Assembly (NCBI GenBank): GCA_965279645.1
Contig: OZ257254.1
Location: 362,781 to 426,780 of the forward strand
Direction of reading: 5' to 3'
Source: Rhodoglobus sp.
GTDB taxonomy: Bacteria > Actinomycetota > Actinomycetes > Actinomycetales > Microbacteriaceae
DNA: 64,000 bases
Shown: positions 28,337 to 37,581 of the stretch, piece after piece
How positions within the stretch are numbered: the first letter of the stretch is position 1
Layout: each line of letters starts with the position of its first letter
Translations under genes and position numbers: made by a program
Notes under the pieces: generated by a model
Seen by the model: only the letters and a program-made list of their open reading frames with translations
What the model was told of the DNA's origin: nothing
Database searches by the model: none

Positions 28337-29149
28337 TTACTTCTCGAGCACGTCTTTCGCGTACGCGGCACGAGCAGCGGGGTCACCGCCGAGGCCGATG
28401 CTGTCGCTTCCCGCGCGGTCGTCGATCCAGTCCTGCCAGCTCGTGGGCAGCGCCTTCGAGAAGCGCAGCAGCGGTCCAAGGCGCCGCGGCACGACCACCC
28501 AGAAACGCTTCTTGTCGAGCGCCCGCATGACCGCGGCCGAGACATCCGACGCCGACACCGAGCCGGTCAGTGACGGGGGAGTGATGCCCGCGCCCATGGC
28601 GGTGCGCACGAGGTTGGGGTTCACGACCGTGATGCGCACACCGGTCGTGCGCAGCTCGCGGCGCAGCGCGTCGCTGAAGGCGATGACGGCCGCCTTGGTG
28701 CCCGAGTAGACGGCAACGCCCGCAAGCGGTTTGATGCCCGTCGCGCTCGCCATGTTCACGATCGTGCCGGTGTTGCGGGCGAGCATGCGGGGCAGAATCA
28801 GGCCGGTCGCCGAGACGACGCTCGCGTAGTTGATCGCGATGATGCGCTGGGATACCTCGGGCTTCTGTTTCGCAAACGGCTCGGTGGGCATGATGCCCGC
28901 GTTGTTGATCCACAGGTCGATCGGTCCGACCTGGGACTCGACCTCGTCGATGACGGACTCGACGAGCTGCGGGTCGGTCACGTCGAGCCGCACGGCACTC
29001 GCGCCCTCGCCGAGCTCGCGGGCCGTCGCCTTCGTCGCCTCAAGGTCGAGGTCGCCGATGACGACTCGATATCCACGGGCGAGCAGGTCGGTTGCGAGCT
29101 GTTTGCCGATGCCGCGGGCGGCCCCGGTTACGACTGCGATGGGACTCAT
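28337..29149 (-). CDS. Short-chain dehydrogenase/reductase
   Basis: VVTGAARGIG, INNAG, YSGTKAA; ATG 29149 overlaps the upstream stop. Confidence 0.92.
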   Translation of the reverse strand: MSPIAVVTGAARGIGKQLATDLLARGYRVVIGDLDLEATKATARELGEGASAVRLDVTDPQLVESVIDEVESQVGPIDLWINNAGIMPTEPFAKQKPEVSQRIIAINYASVVSATGLILPRMLARNTGTIVNMASATGIKPLAGVAVYSGTKAAVIAFSDALRRELRTTGVRITVVNPNLVRTAMGAGITPPSLTGSVSASDVSAAVMRALDKKRFWVVVPRRLGPLLRFSKALPTSWQDWIDDRAGSDSIGLGGDPAARAAYAKDVLEK

Positions 29150-29766
29150 GATCGCTTCACATCCATTCCGAAGATGATTGACGCGTCGCGGATCGCGGCG
29201 CTGAAGAACGGCTGTCGACCGGCGAGGTAGCCGAGGGGGCCGGCGGGATCGAACGTCCACGCCGCGCGCAGGGCGCTCACGCGACCGATGACCCGGTTGT
29301 GGGAGATGGTGCGTGTGCCGTCGAGGCTCTGCATGGTTGTGAGGGGCAGCTGCGTCATCCCCGGCAGCAGGCGGGCGCCATAGCTCGCGGTCAGCGACGC
29401 GACCGAGCCCATGGAGACGGTCGCGCCCGTCGAGGTGTCGGTGCGCTCGAAGTCGGCGAGCTGCTTCGGGATGCCCCAGAGTTCGCGACCGCCGGCCATC
29501 GATGCCGCGCTGTCGACCCAGATCTGGGGGATCGTCACGCGCGGCCCGCCCAGGCTCGGCACGGCGACGAGCAACTCGTTGTATTCGAGCACCCCGCCGG
29601 GAACGTACTCGACGAAGGCGGTTCCCACAACGGCGTTGCCGCGCCAGCGAATCGCGCGTCGACCCCGCGGGATGGAACCCGCGGGAAGACGATCGAGGGG
29701 AACGAGAAACGCTGAGACGAGCAGTGAGCCCCCGAGGTACCAGGGCTCCGGGGGATACGGGGTCAT
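29146..29766 (-). CDS. Acetoacetate-decarboxylase-like superfamily protein
   Basis: YPPEPW, EYNELL and GGRELWGIPK (Schiff-base Lys motif). Confidence 0.85.
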   Translation of the reverse strand: MTPYPPEPWYLGGSLLVSAFLVPLDRLPAGSIPRGRRAIRWRGNAVVGTAFVEYVPGGVLEYNELLVAVPSLGGPRVTIPQIWVDSAASMAGGRELWGIPKQLADFERTDTSTGATVSMGSVASLTASYGARLLPGMTQLPLTTMQSLDGTRTISHNRVIGRVSALRAAWTFDPAGPLGYLAGRQPFFSAAIRDASIIFGMDVKRS

Positions 29767-30023
29767 CAGGTGGTGATCTCGAGCGCCGTCAGCCCCCGCA
29801 AGTCAACGCGCAGGCGCACGTCGGTGCGCACGAGAGTCATGAGGGTCTCGCCGCATCGGTGGCAGCGAACGCACCACCCTGGTGCGGCGTCGTACACGAG
29901 TGCCTCGGCGAGCACACTCACGTCACCGCAGGCTGCGCAGCGACCGGTCGCCGTTGTCATGTCGTCGCGGAACAACTCAGAGAGCGGGCCCGCGAGAGCA
30001 TTGCCGTCGACGTGACTCGTCAT
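29766..30023 (-). CDS. Small 2xCxxC protein (DUF6510-like)
   Basis: DGNALAGPLSELF, RCAACG and VRCHRCG; TGATG overlaps on both sides. Confidence 0.8.
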   Translation of the reverse strand: MTSHVDGNALAGPLSELFRDDMTTATGRCAACGDVSVLAEALVYDAAPGWCVRCHRCGETLMTLVRTDVRLRVDLRGLTALEITT

Positions 30024-30745
30024 CAGTTGCCTCCGAAACGCTCGGTCTTCACTGTCACCGGATCGTGGCCGAGCTCCACCAGCCACGTCGCGACCGCCTC
30101 GACAAATCCGGTGGGACCGCACACGAACACGGCGGGGTTCTCGTGCGCGGCGAAGGTTGCCTCGGCGAGCAGCTCACGGCTCACGCGACCGGCAGGCACG
30201 GGCCATCCCTCGGGCGCCGTGCGAGTGTAGACGTAGGTGACCTCGAGCAGGGGGCCCTCGAGCGAGGCCAGTTCGTCGGCGTAGAACACGTCGCCGGGCT
30301 CGCGCACCGAGTACAGCAACCTGAACTTCGCCGTGCTGCCGGATGCCGCGTGTGCTCGGATCATCGCGAGAAGGGGCACGACTCCCGAACCACCCGCGAG
30401 CAGCTGCACAGGCGCGGTGATCTCGGGCTTCCAGACAAACCACCGACCGAGTGGGCCACGAAACTCGAGCTGATCGCCCTTCCGCAGCTCGCCCACGAGG
30501 TAGGGCGACACCTCGCCATCTTCGATCAGGTCGACGGCGAGCTCGACGGTGGAACTCGGCCCGGTGGATGCGAGCGAGTAGGCCCTCACCGCGGTGTAGC
30601 CGTCTTCCGCCGTCAGCCGCACGTCGACGTGCTGGCCGGCGGTGCTGCCCTTCCAGCCCGGAACGTCGAGCACGATGCCCTTGGCGCTCGGCGTGAGCTC
30701 TTTCGTCTCGATCACGGTGCCCACCAGCCAGTCGCGAAAACTCAT
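30023..30745 (-). CDS. FAD/NAD(P)H ferredoxin-reductase-type oxidoreductase (no Fe-S domain)
   Basis: RAYSLAS, GEVSPYL, LAGGSGVVP, VFVCGP. Confidence 0.9.
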   Translation of the reverse strand: MSFRDWLVGTVIETKELTPSAKGIVLDVPGWKGSTAGQHVDVRLTAEDGYTAVRAYSLASTGPSSTVELAVDLIEDGEVSPYLVGELRKGDQLEFRGPLGRWFVWKPEITAPVQLLAGGSGVVPLLAMIRAHAASGSTAKFRLLYSVREPGDVFYADELASLEGPLLEVTYVYTRTAPEGWPVPAGRVSRELLAEATFAAHENPAVFVCGPTGFVEAVATWLVELGHDPVTVKTERFGGN

Positions 30746-30767
30746 TCGTCGCTGCTCGGGTAAAGCA

Positions 30768-31361
30768 TCACCAGTAGCGCTCCTCGCGCCACGGGTCACC
30801 ATAGATGTGGTACCCGTTCTGCTCCCAGAACCCCGGGCTGTCATCGCGTTGCATCACGATTCCGCGAACCCACTTGGCGCTCTTCCAGAAGTACAAGTGA
30901 GGTACGAGAAGGCGCGCGGGGCCGCCGTGGTCGGGCTCGAGCGGTTCGCCCTCGAACTCCGTGGCGATCCAGGCCTTGCCGTCGAGCAGGTCCTCGAGGG
31001 GCACATTGGTGGTGTACCCGCCGTAGGAGTGCACCATCGTGAAGTCGTAGCTCGACTCGACATCCTCGAAAAGCTTGTCGAGCGAGACGCCGCGCCAATG
31101 GGTTCCGAGCTTTGACCAGCGCGTCACGCAGTGGATGTCGGTTGCGACATCCTCGACCCCGAGGGCGAGCATCTCGTCCCAGGTCCACGAGTGTTTGGCA
31201 CCCGTCTCGTCTGCGATCGTGAACGACCAGTCGGCAGTGTCGATTGTGGGGGTGGGTCCCGCAGACAACACGGGAAAGTCCTCGGTGAGGAATTGGCCCG
31301 GAGGCAAGTCAGGGTTGGACTCGCGAGGGCGACCAGAGAAACCGCGAGAGAAGATGGCCAT
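30768..31361 (-). CDS. Sulfite-oxidase-family molybdopterin oxidoreductase (single Moco domain, cytoplasmic)
   Basis: LPPGQ, DIHCVTRWSK (Mo-ligating Cys), HGGPARLLVPHLYFWKSAKW, GFWEQNGYH; no signal peptide. Confidence 0.92.
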   Translation of the reverse strand: MAIFSRGFSGRPRESNPDLPPGQFLTEDFPVLSAGPTPTIDTADWSFTIADETGAKHSWTWDEMLALGVEDVATDIHCVTRWSKLGTHWRGVSLDKLFEDVESSYDFTMVHSYGGYTTNVPLEDLLDGKAWIATEFEGEPLEPDHGGPARLLVPHLYFWKSAKWVRGIVMQRDDSPGFWEQNGYHIYGDPWREERYW

Positions 31362-31400
31362 GATTGAGACTACAAGGCAGAGCCATGCTATTTTCCTGCC

Positions 31401-31829
31401 ATGACCGAGATTAATCCTCAGATCCCTTATGCCTACCCTGTCGCAGCTCCCGCGGCGGAGAAGAAGGGGTTCGGGCTCGCGTCAATGATCACGGCGATCG
31501 GGCTGTTCATCATCTCCCTCGTGTGGGCGGTCGCCAACGGCATCGCCCTCGGCAGCATCACGGGCGCCACCGACAGCTTCTCGAGCGGATTCGAGGCGGG
31601 ATACGACGCGGGTCAGACGCCCGCGGGGGCACTCGCGGGATTGAGCATTGGCGCCCACATTCTGATCGGAAGCCTCGTGGGCATCGTGGCGATCGTGCTC
31701 GGCATCATCGCCATCGCGACGAAACGCGGTCGCGTGTACGGCATCGTGGGGGTGGCGCTCGCGGCAATCGCTCCCATCGTGTCGTTCGTCGCTTACGCGA
31801 TTGCGGGAGGGCTCTCCGCCACAGCCTAG
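31401..31829 (+). CDS. Hypothetical membrane protein (3 TMs)
   Basis: Hydrophobic segments, GC-rich third codon positions, and TATTTT 6 nt before the ATG. Confidence 0.7.
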   Translation: MTEINPQIPYAYPVAAPAAEKKGFGLASMITAIGLFIISLVWAVANGIALGSITGATDSFSSGFEAGYDAGQTPAGALAGLSIGAHILIGSLVGIVAIVLGIIAIATKRGRVYGIVGVALAAIAPIVSFVAYAIAGGLSATA

Positions 31830-31838
31830 GCTTGCACC

Positions 31839-32834
31839 ATGGCTTCCGCGCAGCTGATAGACCAGTTCGGTCGAGTCGCGCGCGACTTGCGTATCTCGGT
31901 GACCGAGAAGTGCTCACTGCGGTGCACCTACTGCATGCCCGCCGAGGGTCTTCCCGTCATCCCGCGCGATCAGGTCTTGACCGCGGTGGAGATTGCACGG
32001 CTCGTCGGCATCGCCGTGCGCGATCTCGGCGTGCGCGACATCCGCTTCACTGGGGGAGAGCCGCTCATGCGGGTCGATCTCGTGGACATTATTTCGTTAT
32101 CGCGCGCCGTCGCGGGGGATGCCAGCATCTCGATGACCACGAATGGCATTGGGCTCGACAAGCGCATCGACGCCCTCGTCGCCGCGGGCCTCACGCGCAT
32201 CAACATCTCGCTCGACACGGTTGACCGTGACCACTTCGCGAGGCTCACCCGTCGTGATCGACTCCCCGCGGTGTTCGCCGGCATCGAGGCCGCCAAGCGC
32301 GCGGGAATCTCGCCGCTCAAGATCAATGCGGTGCTCATGCGTGACACCCTCGACGGTGCCGCCGACCTGCTCGAATGGGCGCTCGCCAACGGTGCCCGGT
32401 TGCGGTTTATCGAGCAGATGCCCCTCGACGCCGACGAGACCTGGGTTCGCGAGAACATGGTCGAGGCGACCGAGCTGCTCGACGTGCTGGGCTCCCGCTT
32501 CACCCTCACGTCGCCGCACCGCGACGACCCCTCGGCCCCCGCTGAAGAATGGCTCGTTGACGGCGGACCGGCAACCGTGGGCATCATCGCGTCGGTGACG
32601 CGCTCGTTCTGCAGTGCCTGCGATCGCACTCGCGTGACCGCGGAGGGCACGGTGCGTTCGTGCCTGTTCGGCGACGACGAGACCGACTTGCGCGCAGCGC
32701 TGCGCAGCGGGGCGGATGACGCTCAGATCGCGGCACTCTGGCAGTCGGCGCAGTGGAAGAAGCAGGCGGGGCACGGCATTTCGCTGCCCACGTTCGTGCG
32801 GCCCGTGAGGAGCATGGGGGCCATCGGTGGTTAG
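31839..32834 (+). CDS. moaA: GTP 3',8-cyclase (radical SAM)
   Basis: [19 protein letters not shown] and a C-terminal IGG. Confidence 0.97.
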   Translation: MASAQLIDQFGRVARDLRISVTEKCSLRCTYCMPAEGLPVIPRDQVLTAVEIARLVGIAVRDLGVRDIRFTGGEPLMRVDLVDIISLSRAVAGDASISMTTNGIGLDKRIDALVAAGLTRINISLDTVDRDHFARLTRRDRLPAVFAGIEAAKRAGISPLKINAVLMRDTLDGAADLLEWALANGARLRFIEQMPLDADETWVRENMVEATELLDVLGSRFTLTSPHRDDPSAPAEEWLVDGGPATVGIIASVTRSFCSACDRTRVTAEGTVRSCLFGDDETDLRAALRSGADDAQIAALWQSAQWKKQAGHGISLPTFVRPVRSMGAIGG

Positions 32835-33063
32835 CGTGCGCTACTTTGCCGCCGCTGCGGAGGCCGCGGGCGTGCTCGAGGAGCAGCTGGCCGGGGTGTC
32901 CACGGTCGGTGAACTCAAGGCCGCGATCGTGGAGCGCTACGGCGACGAGATGGCGCGAGTCGTGGCATCCGGATCGTTTCTCGTCGACGGCGTGGTCAGC
33001 CGCGATGATGCTCGGGATCTCGGCGCGCGCGTCGACGTATTGCCGCCCTTTGCGGGCGGCTAG
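32827..33063 (+). CDS. moaD: Molybdopterin synthase sulfur carrier
   Basis: [12 protein letters not shown]...LPPFAGG with C-terminal di-Gly. Confidence 0.93.
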   Translation: MVSVRYFAAAAEAAGVLEEQLAGVSTVGELKAAIVERYGDEMARVVASGSFLVDGVVSRDDARDLGARVDVLPPFAGG

Positions 33064-33066
33064 CGC

Positions 33067-33498
33067 TCAGGCGACGGGCTCGAGAAATACCAGCGGAATC
33101 TCTCGGTCGGTGCGTTTCTGGTAGCCCGCGTAGTTGGGGTGCTTCGCCGTGATCTGTGGCCACAGCTCGGCGCGCTCCTGCGGGGTGGCAACTCGGGCCA
33201 GGTAAGGCTCGGCGGGCTCGCCCTGCAGCACGACCGACACGTGCGGGTTGGCCACGAGGTTGTGAAACCAGCCGGGGTGAGTGTCGTCGCCACCGCGCGA
33301 CGCCACAACGATGTAGCTGCCGTGCAGCCGCATGGGGGAGCTGAGCATCGTCGAACGCTTCTCGCCGGACTTGGCTCCGGTCGTCGTCAGTTCGAGCATA
33401 GGCATGCCATTGCCGTGCCAGCCGAAACGACCGCCGCTCAGCGTGAGCATGAGACGGTGCGCCCGGTTCATGAGACGAAGGCTGCGGTCAGAGGGCAT
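33067..33498 (-). CDS. Nitroreductase-family deazaflavin (F420)-dependent oxidoreductase (Ddn-like)
   Basis: LTTTGAKSGEKR, VVASRGG..HPGWFHNLVANP, YAGYQKRTDREIPL. Confidence 0.9.
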   Translation of the reverse strand: MPSDRSLRLMNRAHRLMLTLSGGRFGWHGNGMPMLELTTTGAKSGEKRSTMLSSPMRLHGSYIVVASRGGDDTHPGWFHNLVANPHVSVVLQGEPAEPYLARVATPQERAELWPQITAKHPNYAGYQKRTDREIPLVFLEPVA

Positions 33499-33932
33499 TA
33501 CAGTCCCACCCATTCGGTAACTCCGCCGGCAAGGTGCTGGCGCTTCCAGATCGGCACGCGGTGCTTGATGAGCTCGACGAGCTTCTCGCAGGCGGCAAAC
33601 GCCTCGGCACGGTGGGGTGCGGCGACGGATGCCACGAGCGCGGTATCGCCGACCGTGAGCGATCCCGTGCGATGTGCCGCGGCGACCCTCAGGCCGGTTG
33701 CCGCGGCGATCTCCGCACAGCATTCCTCGAGAAAGCGCTGGGCGTCGGGATGGGCTTCGTAGTCGAGAGCCGACACCGCCTCGCCGTGGTCATGGTCGCG
33801 AACGATGCCACGGAAGGTGACGAGTGCGCCGTTGGCGCTCGTCAGCACGAATGCGTCGAGGGGCGCCGCGTCGAGGGGCTCGTCGGAGATGAGGGCGAGC
33901 GTCTCGACAGGCCCCGCAGCCGGATCACTCAT
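33498..33932 (-). CDS. moaE: Molybdopterin synthase catalytic subunit
   Basis: [36 protein letters not shown]. Confidence 0.95.
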   Translation of the reverse strand: MSDPAAGPVETLALISDEPLDAAPLDAFVLTSANGALVTFRGIVRDHDHGEAVSALDYEAHPDAQRFLEECCAEIAAATGLRVAAAHRTGSLTVGDTALVASVAAPHRAEAFAACEKLVELIKHRVPIWKRQHLAGGVTEWVGL

Positions 33933-34860
33933 GCGCGCCGCCGCCCGCGATCTGGGCGACAAGGTGTTCGAGCAGCTCGTCGAGCACCGCGAGCCCGTCT
34001 TTCACCCCGCCGGTCGAGCCGGGCAGGTTGACGATCACGGTGTCGCCCGCGGTTCCCGCGAGTCCGCGGCTCAGGGCCGCCCGGGGAACGTGCGGCAGTC
34101 CGCGCGCGCGAATAGCCTCGGCAACACCCGGCAACTCGCGATCAAGCAGGGGTCGGGTCGCCTCGGGGGTGCGGTCGGTGGGGCTGAGGCCAGTGCCGCC
34201 CGTGGTGATGATCACCGCGGGGCCAGCCGCCACGGCCGCCTGAAGTGCCGCCGCGACATCCGCGTCGGCCGCAACCGTGAGTGTGACGGCGTAGCCGCGC
34301 TCGCGCAGCCACGCTTCGATGCGCGGCCCGGTGGTGTCATCGCGCGTGCCCGCGGCCGACGAAGTCGAGACGACGAGAACCTGCGCGGTTTCAGCAACGA
34401 CGGTCGGGCGAGACTTGCCGCCCGCCTTCTCGACGAGCCGGATGTCGCCCAGCACCGAGTACGGGTCGACGGCCTTCGTCATGTCGTGCAGGGTGAGCCC
34501 GGCGATGGTGACAGCAGTGAGGGCCTCCATCTCGACGCCCGTCTGGCCGGTCGTCTTGGCCGTGGCCGTGATCTCGATGGAGTCGTCATCGAGAAAGAAG
34601 TCCACCGTCACGCTCGTGAGCGCGATGGGGTGGCAGAGCGGGATGAGTTCGCTCGTGCGCTTCGCGCCCTGGATTCCGGCGATGCGGGCCGTGGCGAGAA
34701 CGTCTGCCTTGGGCAGCCCGTCGCGGCGCACGAGGTCGAGCACCTCAGCTGTCGACCTGAACCGGCCCTTCGCGACAGCAACCCTCTTTGTTACGGCTTT
34801 GTCGCCGACATCGACCATGCGGGCACGGCCGTCGGAATCGAGGTGGGAGAACTCAGTCAC
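33925..34860 (-). CDS. moaC: Bifunctional MoaC / MoaB-Mog fusion
   Basis: [31 protein letters not shown], then TTGGTG..PTDRTPE and NLPGS. GTG 34860 overlaps the moeA stop (GTGA). Confidence 0.93.
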   Translation of the reverse strand: MTEFSHLDSDGRARMVDVGDKAVTKRVAVAKGRFRSTAEVLDLVRRDGLPKADVLATARIAGIQGAKRTSELIPLCHPIALTSVTVDFFLDDDSIEITATAKTTGQTGVEMEALTAVTIAGLTLHDMTKAVDPYSVLGDIRLVEKAGGKSRPTVVAETAQVLVVSTSSAAGTRDDTTGPRIEAWLRERGYAVTLTVAADADVAAALQAAVAAGPAVIITTGGTGLSPTDRTPEATRPLLDRELPGVAEAIRARGLPHVPRAALSRGLAGTAGDTVIVNLPGSTGGVKDGLAVLDELLEHLVAQIAGGGAHE

Positions 34861-36032
34861 AAAGCCCATGTTTCCACGAGATCGCCCGCATTCAGAGCGG
34901 TGACCTCTTCGGCAACCACAATCAGGCAATCGGATGCAGCGAGACCAGCCACGAGGTGCGACCCCGGCCCGGCGACGAGGGCCACCGTGCCGCCGTCACC
35001 CGTCCGACCGCGAAGGAATTGGCGCTTGCCGGCGACGGACGCCGTTGCCGTGGTGAGGGTGCGCCGTTCGCGGGTGGCCGTCGGCAGACCCGCACGCCGT
35101 CGCAGCACGGGTGCCACGAACACCTCGAACGACAACTGGGTGCTCACAGGATTGCCCGGAAAACACACCACGGGCACACCTTCGAACACCGCAGTGGCCT
35201 GCGGCCCGCCGGGCTGCATGGCCACGTGACCGACCCGAGCTCCGAGGGGTTCGAGGGTCTCGCGCACGACCTCGTACTCACCCATGGAGATTCCGCCGGA
35301 CGTGAGGATGAGGTCGGCCCCGGCCGCCGCGACCACCAGCGCGTCAGTCATGAGGGCAACGTCGTCGGCCACGTGAGCGCGATACGTAACCGACCCGCCC
35401 GATGCGTGCACAGCGGCGACCAGGGCGGTGCCATTCGAATCGAAGACCTGGCCAAGAGAGGGAGTTGCCCCGGGGTCAACCAGTTCGGATCCCGTGGTGA
35501 GCACGGCAACCCGGATGGGGCTCAGCACATCAACGCTCGCGAGTCCCGCCGCGGCGAGCACGGCAAGATGGCGGGAGGCGAGCCGGAGACCTGCGGGCAG
35601 CAGTTCGTCGCCCGCGCGTACGTCGCTGCCACGCTCTCGCACGTACTCGCCCGCCGATCGCGCCCGGCCGATCGTGACCTCGTTGGCGTCGGTGGTCGTG
35701 TCTTCAACGGGCACGATCGCGTCGGCGCCCTCGGGAACGAGGGCACCCGTCATGATGCGCACCGCGGTGCCCGGGGCGAGTGTGAGTGGCGACGAGGGTC
35801 GGGCCGCCACCTCGCCGACGATCGGCAGTGTTATCGGCGCTGGGGCGACATCCGCCGCTCGCACGGCGAAGCCGTCCATCTGTGAGTTGCGAAACAACGG
35901 CAGGTCGACGGGGGAGAGCACGGTGCTCGCGGTCACACGACCCAGGGCGTCGTCGAGTGCGACGCGCTGCGCCGAGGGCTCGAAGGCCAGGAGGCTCGCG
36001 ATGTGGGCCGCGTGCTCGTCGACGCTCGTCAT
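34857..36032 (-). CDS. moeA: Molybdopterin molybdotransferase
   Basis: [42 protein letters not shown]. Confidence 0.95.
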   Translation of the reverse strand: MTSVDEHAAHIASLLAFEPSAQRVALDDALGRVTASTVLSPVDLPLFRNSQMDGFAVRAADVAPAPITLPIVGEVAARPSSPLTLAPGTAVRIMTGALVPEGADAIVPVEDTTTDANEVTIGRARSAGEYVRERGSDVRAGDELLPAGLRLASRHLAVLAAAGLASVDVLSPIRVAVLTTGSELVDPGATPSLGQVFDSNGTALVAAVHASGGSVTYRAHVADDVALMTDALVVAAAGADLILTSGGISMGEYEVVRETLEPLGARVGHVAMQPGGPQATAVFEGVPVVCFPGNPVSTQLSFEVFVAPVLRRRAGLPTATRERRTLTTATASVAGKRQFLRGRTGDGGTVALVAGPGSHLVAGLAASDCLIVVAEEVTALNAGDLVETWAL

Positions 36033-36034
36033 GG

Positions 36035-37096
36035 TCAGTAGCGTGCCAGGGTCGAGTCGACGTCGCGTGACCACGCATCAATTCCGCCGGCAAGGTGACT
36101 CGCGGTGAAGCCGTTGTCGGCGAGCAGCTGGCGGGCGCTTGCCGAGCGCACGCCGTGGTGGCAGTAGACGATGACGGGCACCTCGTGGTCGAGAGCGTCG
36201 AGGTGTGACGAGAGAATGCCGAGGGGGATGAGGATCGAACCGGGGATGCTCGCGATCTCGGATTCCCACGGCTCTCGCACATCGAGCAGGGTGTACTCGT
36301 CGGTGCGCACCGACAGCTCGGCGGGGCTGAGGGAGTCGAGGCCGCAGAAGGCTTCGTAGTCGATGAGCCGGGTTACGGCAGCTGCAGAGGGGTCGGCCGC
36401 GTACTCGAGCTCGCGGAATCCGCCCGTGAGCGCGTCGTAAAGCGTGACGCGGCCGATGAGCGGCGAGCCGATTCCCGTGATGATCTTGATGGCCTCGTTG
36501 GCCATGATCGAGCCGATCACCCCGACGGTCGTGGGCAGCACGCCGCCCGCCTCGCAGCTGGGGATAGCGCCCGGCGGCGGCGAGACAGGAAAGAGGTCGC
36601 GGTAGGTGGGACCGCGCTGCGCCCACGACACGCTCGCCTGGCCGCCGAACTGCGACACCGAGCCCCAGACGAGCGGGATGCTCGACAGGCTCGCCGCATC
36701 GTTGGCGAGGTAGCGCGTCACGAAGTTGTCGCTGCCATCGATCACGAGGTCGTATTCCGCGAAGATCGATAGCGCGTTTGACGCGGTGAGGCGATCCTGT
36801 CGCGCAACCACGAGGGTTGTGGGGTTGAGGGCAGCTACCGCGTCGACGGCCGAGAGGGTCTTGCTGCGGCCGATGTCGGAGACGGAATGGATGTGCTGGC
36901 GGTGCAGGTTGGTGAGCTCGACGCGGTCATCATCGATGATGCCGAGGGTTCCGACCCCCGCACCCGCGAGCGCCGGGATCACCGTGCTGCCGAGGCCGCC
37001 GGCTCCGATCACGAGCACGCGTGCGCGCTGCAGTTTCTCTTGTGCGTCAACGCCGAAACCCGGCAACGCGATCTGGCGGGAGTAGCGGGCATCCAT
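36035..37096 (-). CDS. moeB: MoeB/ThiF adenylyltransferase with C-terminal rhodanese (MoeZ type)
   Basis: RYSRQI, GAGGLG, TNLHRQ, DGSDNF and rhodanese VYCHHGVRS. Confidence 0.93.
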   Translation of the reverse strand: MDARYSRQIALPGFGVDAQEKLQRARVLVIGAGGLGSTVIPALAGAGVGTLGIIDDDRVELTNLHRQHIHSVSDIGRSKTLSAVDAVAALNPTTLVVARQDRLTASNALSIFAEYDLVIDGSDNFVTRYLANDAASLSSIPLVWGSVSQFGGQASVSWAQRGPTYRDLFPVSPPPGAIPSCEAGGVLPTTVGVIGSIMANEAIKIITGIGSPLIGRVTLYDALTGGFRELEYAADPSAAAVTRLIDYEAFCGLDSLSPAELSVRTDEYTLLDVREPWESEIASIPGSILIPLGILSSHLDALDHEVPVIVYCHHGVRSASARQLLADNGFTASHLAGGIDAWSRDVDSTLARY

Positions 37097-37136
37097 CCCA
37101 CGATTCTCGCAGCCCGATTGCGCGCACGCCCGTTTT

Positions 37137-37178
37137 CGCAAAAGCGGCTAGAATCCGTGTCTATGACCGCAAAAACGG
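37137..37178. promoter_or_regulatory. Direct-repeat pair flanking a -10 box in the moeB / mod divergent promoter
   Basis: CGCAAAAGCGG (37137-37147) and CGCAAAAACGG (37168-37178), 31 bp apart; TAGAAT at 37149-37154. Confidence 0.45.
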
Positions 37179-37185
37179 ATCGATC

Positions 37186-37581
37186 ATGACGGATTTCACC
37201 GTCAAACAGGCCGCCGCCCTGCTCGGGGTGAGTGACGACACCGTGCGTCGCTGGGCCGACGGTGGCCGGCTCACTCTGCTGCCGGGCATCCCGTCGACAA
37301 TTCGTGGGGCCGAGCTCGCGGCGCTCGCCCAGGAAATCGCCGCGGAGACGGCGCTGGATGAAGCGTTCCCCACGTCGCGCGCTTCGGCACGCAACCGCCT
37401 CACCGGCATCGTCACCAAGGTGACGAAAGACACGGTCATGGCGCAGGTTGAGCTGCAGGCGGGCCCCTTCCGCATCGTGTCGCTCATGAGTTCGGAGGCC
37501 GCAACGGAGCTGGGCCTCGAACCGGGAAGCCTTGCCACCGCGAGCGTCAAGGCCACCAACGTCGTGGTGGAGCTGCCGTGA
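37186..37581 (+). CDS. Excisionase/MerR-like HTH plus TOBE molybdate-binding regulator
   Basis: VKQAAALLGVSDDTVRRWAD and SARNRLTGIV...AQVELQAG...ASVKATNVVV. Confidence 0.9.
   Translation: MTDFTVKQAAALLGVSDDTVRRWADGGRLTLLPGIPSTIRGAELAALAQEIAAETALDEAFPTSRASARNRLTGIVTKVTKDTVMAQVELQAGPFRIVSLMSSEAATELGLEPGSLATASVKATNVVVELP

Noticed and set aside
33897-33918. Possible family B remnant in the moaE N-terminus (minus strand gcctgtcgagac, GPVET)
   Set aside because: Only about 11/12 bp match; not distinguishable from chance at this GC content.
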